Below are positions 27,037 through 32,996 of a DNA stretch of 64,000 bases, in pieces. The notes beneath the pieces were generated by a model, which was given only the letters and a program-made list of their open reading frames with translations, had not been told where the DNA came from and did not search any database. How positions within the stretch are numbered: position 1 is the stretch's first letter; every line of letters begins with the position of its first letter. A program made the translations under genes and the position numbers. Source of the DNA: Bacteroidota bacterium (GTDB lineage: Bacteria; Bacteroidota; Bacteroidia; Bacteroidales; JAGONC01); contig JAKLFC010000009.1 of the NCBI GenBank assembly GCA_022711405.1, positions 3,771 to 67,770 of the forward strand, read 5' to 3'.

Positions 27037-27677
27037 CTTTTTCTCTCATGCCGGTAATACATCACTGAACCATAAACAATATGCATCAGCCCAAAACCGA
27101 GTGCCCATAAAAGCAGTCCGTAATCAAGGAAGACACCCGCCAGGATTCCCAGGCCAATTTCCGTCAGTCCAAGGTAATGGATTTCACCAAAAGTGAACTT
27201 GCCGGCATTTACCAGCGCCAGCCCGTAAAACATCAGCATTGCTGAGGCAACCAGTCCCCAGTTGTTATGCAAAACCAGAATCAGTATGAAAATTCCGCCG
27301 GCAACCAGCGGAATCATTAAATGAAGGACCAACCGGCGGGTTGAATTCGTCCAGAGCCGCTGACCGGCCTTCCGGGATTTCCTTTGTGAGAAGAAAACGG
27401 CCCCCGCAACCGCCAGTCCAAGAACCAGCAGCGCATCCAGGGCAAGGTACAGCCTGATTCCTGAAAATGTCCCGCCTCCAGGAATACGCAGGAATTCATC
27501 GTAATGAACGTGACCCGAATCCAGGATGAAAAGCCAGGTGATGGCTGCTCCCATCAACGCAATGATCCCCGCAAAAATTCCGGATAATCCACTTAGCGAC
27601 AAGAACCTGGATGACCGTTCCATGATGTCACGGATGGCCTGAAGATCTTCATTGGGATGTGTTGAACTATTTTTCAT
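27033..27677 (-). CDS. Polytopic membrane protein of unknown function
   Basis: 214 aa with about 6 TM helices. It is the first gene of the membrane-protein / wHTH / creD string. Confidence 0.55.
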   Translation of the reverse strand: MKNSSTHPNEDLQAIRDIMERSSRFLSLSGLSGIFAGIIALMGAAITWLFILDSGHVHYDEFLRIPGGGTFSGIRLYLALDALLVLGLAVAGAVFFSQRKSRKAGQRLWTNSTRRLVLHLMIPLVAGGIFILILVLHNNWGLVASAMLMFYGLALVNAGKFTFGEIHYLGLTEIGLGILAGVFLDYGLLLWALGFGLMHIVYGSVMYYRHERKR

Positions 27678-27685
27678 TTAAAAGT

Positions 27686-27702
27686 ACTTTGAGTTGCAAA
27701 GT
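27686..27702. promoter_or_regulatory. Second copy of the ACTTTG-N5-CAAAGT inverted repeat, abutting the operon start
   Basis: ACTTTGAGTTGCAAAGT begins 9 nt from the ATG at 27677. It is preceded by the same TTTAAAAGT as the creD copy. Confidence 0.5.
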
Positions 27703-27802
27703 TAAACATTTTATTTAATTTCCGACAGATTGAAGAAAAAAAAATCAGGAAGTTCATATTCGCCCCCATCACGTGAGGGTGTATCACAATGAATTTTTTG
27801 AT

Positions 27803-27907
27803 TTAACCACGGAGTGCACGGAGAAAATACGGAGAACACAGAGAGCTGGTAATGCAACATTTAACCTCCGTGCTCTCCGTGCATTCCTCCGTGTTCTCCG
27901 TGGTTAA
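27803..27907. repeat. 105-nt inverted-repeat element of the TTAACCAC-(CACGGAG)n family
   Basis: The left arm is TTAACCACGGAGTGCACGGAGAAAATACGGAGAACACAGAGAG. The right arm is CTCCGTGCTCTCCGTGCATTCCTCCGTGTTCTCCGTGGTTAA. Related copies lie at 39037..39145 and 53691..53737. Confidence 0.8.
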
Positions 27908-27930
27908 ATTGTATTTTAACACAGCCTCTG

Positions 27931-28043
27931 AATACAGCTTTTATGTTGGCGGATGCAACCGCTGGGCTCCGCCCCCATCCCGACCTTCCCCCAACCGGGG
28001 GAAGGAGAATACGGCTTTTATGTTGGCGGATGCAACCGCTGGG
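27931..28043 (+). repeat. 36-nt direct duplication (35/36) of a gene 3' end flanking a GC hairpin
   Basis: AATAC(A/G)GCTTTTATGTTGGCGGATGCAACCGCTGGG occurs at 27931..27966 and 28008..28043. Between the copies is the hairpin CCTTCCCCC-AACC-GGGGGAAGG (27984..28005). The second copy contains the stop and last 8 codons of CDS 28018..29889. Confidence 0.85.
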
Positions 28044-29889
28044 CGAACCATTTCCGTACGGATTGCATGGTTTTTTGCTGGTAGGGCGGAGCCTGTCGGC
28101 GGCAGGTGGACCTTTCGGCACTGTTCACGGGTGCGCCCCAGCGCACTTCCACACAGTCGTTGGGATTGTAGGCCATCTCAAATGCTTCTTTCCGGTTGAG
28201 GATCCCGGCCAGCGACAGTTCCTGTGGCGAACCGTCGGATCGTGTATAGGTGATCGTTAGTGCTGAAACCTTTTTCTCCAGCAGCGACTGAAGGCTGTTC
28301 CTTATTTCTTCAGGAGACGTTGATCCGGAGACCTTAAAATCTCCGGGTGCACCGGCCACCCTGCCGGGAAAGTCCAGCACGGCATCCATGGCGATCAGAA
28401 GCCGCAGATCGCGGTTGGGTGTTGAATAGTCCTCCCAGGGTCCACCGGCCAGGAAAACACCATTGGCACTGGATGGCATGGGAATCACGGTTCCCGGATG
28501 GGCGTTGAGGTATGCTTCGCCATTGGCCACCGATTTAACACGTACCAGCAGCTGTTCGTGCAACGCACTTACCAGGTCGGTCAGGGCTTCTTCGGGATCC
28601 AGCGGCTCCGGGTTGATCAGGCGTTCCATGGCGCGATAAAAATCCTCGCTGTTCATATTCTGCTGCTCCAGCGAAAAGGGAGCGTATCCTGCGAGGTTGG
28701 TCAGCGTTTCATTTTTTACCAGGCGCAGTTTACCCTCTTCATGGAATACCGGGCGAAAAGCCTTAAATCCGGGCTCTCCCACGACCTCCCTGGTATTAAA
28801 TAGAAAATTCCCCTTCCAGAAACGCTTGATCGCTATGGTGTTATCGGGCTGGGCATCTGCGGCGAGCAGCAGTCCCGGGTGGTCCCTGGTCTGTGGCACC
28901 CAGCTCACGAGGATCAGCGTATGTCCGTACGGATCTGCATAGACCGTACCCGGACGCAGGGACTCCCGTGAGAGTGCAACAGGATAATAGTCGGAGCTCT
29001 CGTTGTCAAGGGCCGTGCGGGCAGTACCCGAATGAACGCCATTCATCATGTTCAGTAAAAAGGCATTGAATGCAAGAACCGGATTACTTCTCGAAGAGGA
29101 AGTTTCGTTGGTGATCCATTGCCCGGGCCGGGGGCTCCTTCCCACCCATCCCCTGTCGCAGATATGATAACCGAACGGCAGTCCGAGCTTCCATGCAAAA
29201 TATGCCCTCAGGAAGAACGGAAGGTCAGCACAGTCAGGTTCCATGATCACTGTGGATTTACCGGCAGGATCATCTTCACCGAGCGAGAGGCAGTTGTAAA
29301 GAAAATTACGGTCGCGGTCGCGGGTCACCTCGTGGAGGGCGGTCCAGGAGGACTGTTCGCTACAACTTCCAAACAACGCATTGATCCAGGCCGAATAGAG
29401 CGTCTCTGTGCCGCTGTCCCATCCCCTCACCGTTCTCCAGATTACACCCTGCCGTGCAATCTCCTTCGGGGGTGCGATCTCAAACTCCAGGTGGCCGACA
29501 TCCTTCTTGTTCACGATCAGGGTTGCCGTACAGGTACCGGCCGGGCAACCGGAAAATTCATCCATGCGCCAGAATGGCAATTCCTCTCCGGTCTTACTTG
29601 TAAGGGATTCCAGCTGGCCCGAAGGACCGGTGACCATGATCTTCGCCTTGCGGAGGTTTTTGCCCCCGGTGGCGATGATCCGGAATCCTTCGCCCGGAGC
29701 AGGAGTTCCTGGCACGACCAAAATCGCATATACCGGATTGTGCGGATCCTGTACCTCAACCATTGTATCCTGTACCGGATTTTCGCCGGTCGCAGGTTCT
29801 TTCTTCCCTGTCCGGTTCCCGTCGCAAGAACCCAGGTTAAGCAACAGGAAAGGAATGACCACTATCTGAACGATCAGGCGCATCTTCAT
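28018..29889 (-). CDS. Large lipoprotein with transglutaminase-core-like Cys/His motif
   Basis: 623 aa with lipobox LNLGSC. EPDCADLPFFLRAYFAWKLGLPFGY resembles the TGc pattern (C-x-D-F-a...R-a-x-G-l-P-a-r-y), followed by DPYGHTLILVSW. I make no firm family assignment. Confidence 0.6.
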   Translation of the reverse strand: MKMRLIVQIVVIPFLLLNLGSCDGNRTGKKEPATGENPVQDTMVEVQDPHNPVYAILVVPGTPAPGEGFRIIATGGKNLRKAKIMVTGPSGQLESLTSKTGEELPFWRMDEFSGCPAGTCTATLIVNKKDVGHLEFEIAPPKEIARQGVIWRTVRGWDSGTETLYSAWINALFGSCSEQSSWTALHEVTRDRDRNFLYNCLSLGEDDPAGKSTVIMEPDCADLPFFLRAYFAWKLGLPFGYHICDRGWVGRSPRPGQWITNETSSSRSNPVLAFNAFLLNMMNGVHSGTARTALDNESSDYYPVALSRESLRPGTVYADPYGHTLILVSWVPQTRDHPGLLLAADAQPDNTIAIKRFWKGNFLFNTREVVGEPGFKAFRPVFHEEGKLRLVKNETLTNLAGYAPFSLEQQNMNSEDFYRAMERLINPEPLDPEEALTDLVSALHEQLLVRVKSVANGEAYLNAHPGTVIPMPSSANGVFLAGGPWEDYSTPNRDLRLLIAMDAVLDFPGRVAGAPGDFKVSGSTSPEEIRNSLQSLLEKKVSALTITYTRSDGSPQELSLAGILNRKEAFEMAYNPNDCVEVRWGAPVNSAERSTCRRQAPPYQQKTMQSVRKWFAQRLHPPT

Positions 29890-30115
29890 CCTTCATGCAA
29901 ATAATTGTGTCCTAATGCTGTTTTTTTGCAAAATGCCCACTGTCAATCTTTTTATGCCACCCCTTCGTGGTTCGAAAATGATGGCCTGCAACGTTTCATC
30001 TAACAATATGCCGCTCCTTCGGAGCTTTAGAAAAAGCCTGCTGTTGACCATCGATCGTCAGCTGTCAATCCTGATTTCGTTTCACTCATCAGGACAGGCC
30101 TTCAACCGTCAACCG

Positions 30116-31006
30116 TTAATCGGCTACATACCATACATGGCTCCTCACCCGGGTGATGCCTTCAGTATCCAGAGAATTCACGATCCGGCGGGCAGCCACA
30201 TAATTGCGTTCAGGGTCATGTTTTGGATCACCGGGCACAATGCTGCTGATGTGCACCCTGCCTGAGGCGTGGATGAAATCTCCTTTTCCCAGGTGGATGC
30301 CCACATGACTGATGCGTTGTGCGGAGCTTCCGAAAAAGAGCAGGTCTCCGGATTCCAGGTTGTCCAGCCTGGTGATATCGATCTCTTCGCCATACCTGGC
30401 CTGCTGGGAGGCATCACGCGCAAGAATGATCCCCTGGGTATAATACATCAGCCTGGTGAATCCTGAACAATCGACAGCTTTACTGGATGCTCCGCCCCAT
30501 AAATAGGGGAAGCCCATCATTTGCCTGGCAAATGTCAATAATGAGTTAATATCCGGTTCCAGGCTGCTCCACTCCTCAAAAGAGATGCAATCCTTTCTGG
30601 GAACATAGCCCCTGCGGCCATCCGGAAGTGCAATCTTTAAAAAATCCTTCCCTGCGGACTCAGCTTCAAACAAATCGCCAAGTACCAGATCGGTCAGGAT
30701 GCCACCCCTATCGCCTAATGCATCATAAGCATAACCAGAAATAGTATGGTAAATGAACCGGGTTGTTTGTTTCCAGATCTCCATTTCCTGTTCCGTGAGC
30801 AACTGCAAACCTTTGGCATCCACCCATCCGGTATACTGTTCAGGTGTCAGGACACGGTAGAATTTATCGTTGAATTCCTGTACCGTTAACGGGGTTCCCA
30901 TCATGACCTGCGAAACCAGCTCAGAGGTATGGTCGGGGACGGCGCGCAGATTTGAGACCGACAATGAGGCCAGGGCCCAGGATCTATCTTTTAGTGTTTC
31001 AGCCAT
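30116..31006 (-). CDS. SH3b + NlpC/P60 (C40) cell-wall peptidase
   Basis: 296 aa. The catalytic motifs are DCSGFTRLMYY and ISHVGIHLGKGDFIHASG. The N-terminal half contains SH3-like repeats. Confidence 0.85.
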   Translation of the reverse strand: MAETLKDRSWALASLSVSNLRAVPDHTSELVSQVMMGTPLTVQEFNDKFYRVLTPEQYTGWVDAKGLQLLTEQEMEIWKQTTRFIYHTISGYAYDALGDRGGILTDLVLGDLFEAESAGKDFLKIALPDGRRGYVPRKDCISFEEWSSLEPDINSLLTFARQMMGFPYLWGGASSKAVDCSGFTRLMYYTQGIILARDASQQARYGEEIDITRLDNLESGDLLFFGSSAQRISHVGIHLGKGDFIHASGRVHISSIVPGDPKHDPERNYVAARRIVNSLDTEGITRVRSHVWYVAD

Positions 31007-31063
31007 TCAATCATCTGTCAAGATAAACAGTCATTAAAGGTATCCTACTTCACTGTTCGCCGG

Positions 31064-32458
31064 TCATTTTTTTGCATATTTTCTTTGCAGCAGAAAGTAG
31101 ACCGGTATACCGGCCAGGATAAGGATCGTTCCAATGGCAGCTTCGCGCGGCCTGGTAATGATCGTATTGAAGAACAGGTACAGGCAGAAGAGGATGTACA
31201 ATGCGGGCACGACAGGGTATCCCCAGACTTTGTAAGGACGGTGGACATCGGGCATCCTGCGGCGCAGGATAAATACACCCAGGGATGTGGCACCATAGAA
31301 AATGAACACCGAAAAAATGATCATGTCGGTCAGCTGGTCGAAGGTCCCTGACAGGACCAGCACCGAGGCCCAGATCCCCTGCCACAGCAGCGAATTGCCG
31401 GGGACGCTGGCCCTGTTCAGTTTTCCGATACCCTTAAAGAAAAGCCCGTCGCTGGCCATCGCGTAATAGGGACGGGCGCCGGTGAGAATGCTGGCATTGG
31501 TGCACCCCAGGGTAGTGAGCAGGATCAGCAGGGAAATGAACATGACACCACCGGTTCCCCAGAAGCTTCTGACTGCTTCAACGGCCGCAATCTGGTTATC
31601 AGAGGCATAGATCTGTTCCAGACGGGGAATGGATAAAAGTGCCAGATAGGTCACGTTCACCAGCAGGTAAATGGCGATCACGATAAATACACCCATCACA
31701 ATCCCCCTGGGGATGTTTTTATTCGGGTCTTTGATCTCCCCCCCGATATAACCCACAGAAACCCAGCCCTGGTAAGCCCAGAAAGCAGCCAGCATCGCTG
31801 TGAAGAAAGAGGAGATCGTGACGGTTCCACCTGTCAGCTCCCTGAACTTCATAAAATCCCCGGGTACTTTTTCTACATGGCTCAAACCAAACACGACGAT
31901 CACGAACAAACCTGCGAATACCAGCCCCAGTATGATCTTACTCGTCCTGGCGCCGCTTTTCAGGCCGGTGATATTTAAAAATGTCAACAGTAAGATCAGG
32001 ATGATGGCTGTCATCTTCACTCCGGAATTCTGGAAAGGAAAGAATACTCCGCCAATGGTAACGTTTTGAAGGGAGGGAAATACCTCCGGCAGGGAGATGA
32101 TATTGTTGAGCGATTGGGCAAAAACGTAGGCCAGCGACGAGATGGTGGCTGTCTGGATGACGGCGAACAAAGACCAGCCGTATAAGAATGAGAAAAAGCG
32201 ATTGTAGATCCTTTTCAGGTAGACGTAATCTCCCCCTGTATCAGCAAGCAACCCTGCCACCTCGGCATTGCTCAGCGCTCCAAAGATGGTGATGATCCCT
32301 GCGACGATCCAGGCCAGGAGGATCCACACCGAAGAGTGAAGTTCGGCAGCCATCGGAGCGATCTTTTTATATACACCTGATCCAATGATGTTTGCGACAA
32401 CAAAAATGATCACATAGCTTAAGCCGAGGGTTCTGTTCAAATGCCTTTGATGCACCAT
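31064..32458 (-). CDS. APC-family amino-acid permease
   Basis: 464 aa with about 12 TM helices. N-terminal IGSG.Y and other APC-type patterns are present. Confidence 0.8.
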   Translation of the reverse strand: MVHQRHLNRTLGLSYVIIFVVANIIGSGVYKKIAPMAAELHSSVWILLAWIVAGIITIFGALSNAEVAGLLADTGGDYVYLKRIYNRFFSFLYGWSLFAVIQTATISSLAYVFAQSLNNIISLPEVFPSLQNVTIGGVFFPFQNSGVKMTAIILILLLTFLNITGLKSGARTSKIILGLVFAGLFVIVVFGLSHVEKVPGDFMKFRELTGGTVTISSFFTAMLAAFWAYQGWVSVGYIGGEIKDPNKNIPRGIVMGVFIVIAIYLLVNVTYLALLSIPRLEQIYASDNQIAAVEAVRSFWGTGGVMFISLLILLTTLGCTNASILTGARPYYAMASDGLFFKGIGKLNRASVPGNSLLWQGIWASVLVLSGTFDQLTDMIIFSVFIFYGATSLGVFILRRRMPDVHRPYKVWGYPVVPALYILFCLYLFFNTIITRPREAAIGTILILAGIPVYFLLQRKYAKK

Positions 32459-32534
32459 AGATCGATGGTTGAAAATGAATGAGGCATCTAAATTAAGAAT
32501 TTAGACGTTTAATTCACCGTTGCCGGTTTCGGAA

Positions 32535-32945
32535 TCAGTTTCCAGGGGTTTGTCCTGGATTGCTTACCCCGGATTTTTCTGAAAATTGTATCATGGCCTT
32601 GTCCAGGCTTTCCCGGGTCAGGGGTTTTACGATCGTATAAAGGATGTTAAGAGAATCAATCTCTTCAATATAGTCGACAAAGGAAGTGGTTATGATCACC
32701 GTAAAATCCACATTTTGAAGTGACTGAAGGATATCGAAGCCCTTTCCGTCAGGCAGTTCAATATCCAGGAAAAGAAGGTCAATCTTATGATCTTTAAGAA
32801 ACTCCTCTGACTCTTTCACCGTCTGAGCCATACCGACAATGTGTACATCAGGATAATGATCCTCGAGCAGGTCGCACAGCATCGACCTGCTCAGGGGATC
32901 ATCTTCCGTTATCATGGCGCTGATAGGCATGGCATTGAGTTTCAT
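32535..32945 (-). CDS. Stand-alone receiver (REC-only) protein, truncated paralog of the LytTR regulator
   Basis: 136 aa. The receiver motifs are ITEDD and DLLFLDIELPDGKGFD. By eye it is about half identical to the receiver of 41578..42321, and no output domain follows. Confidence 0.8.
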   Translation of the reverse strand: MKLNAMPISAMITEDDPLSRSMLCDLLEDHYPDVHIVGMAQTVKESEEFLKDHKIDLLFLDIELPDGKGFDILQSLQNVDFTVIITTSFVDYIEEIDSLNILYTIVKPLTRESLDKAMIQFSEKSGVSNPGQTPGN

Positions 32946-32996
32946 GATCCTTCCTCCTTCTCCCCCTCGGGGCTCCTCCCCATGGCATTAACTTGA

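Noticed and set aside
27852-28260. ORFs 27852..28199, 27861..28121 and 27943..28260, which cross the hairpin repeats and the 36-nt duplication.
   Set aside because: They are read-through of repeat elements (HGE, GGR and PSP strings). They overlap the well-supported 3' end of the lipoprotein gene.
32516-32547. The degenerate LytTR-box remnant considered as a functional promoter element for the amino-acid permease.
   Set aside because: The proximal repeat is poorly conserved and the spacer is 2 nt shorter. The second conserved block (TTTGATCCGAACT.TAAAA) is absent upstream of the permease ATG. I interpret it as an evolutionary remnant. A residual regulatory role is not excluded.
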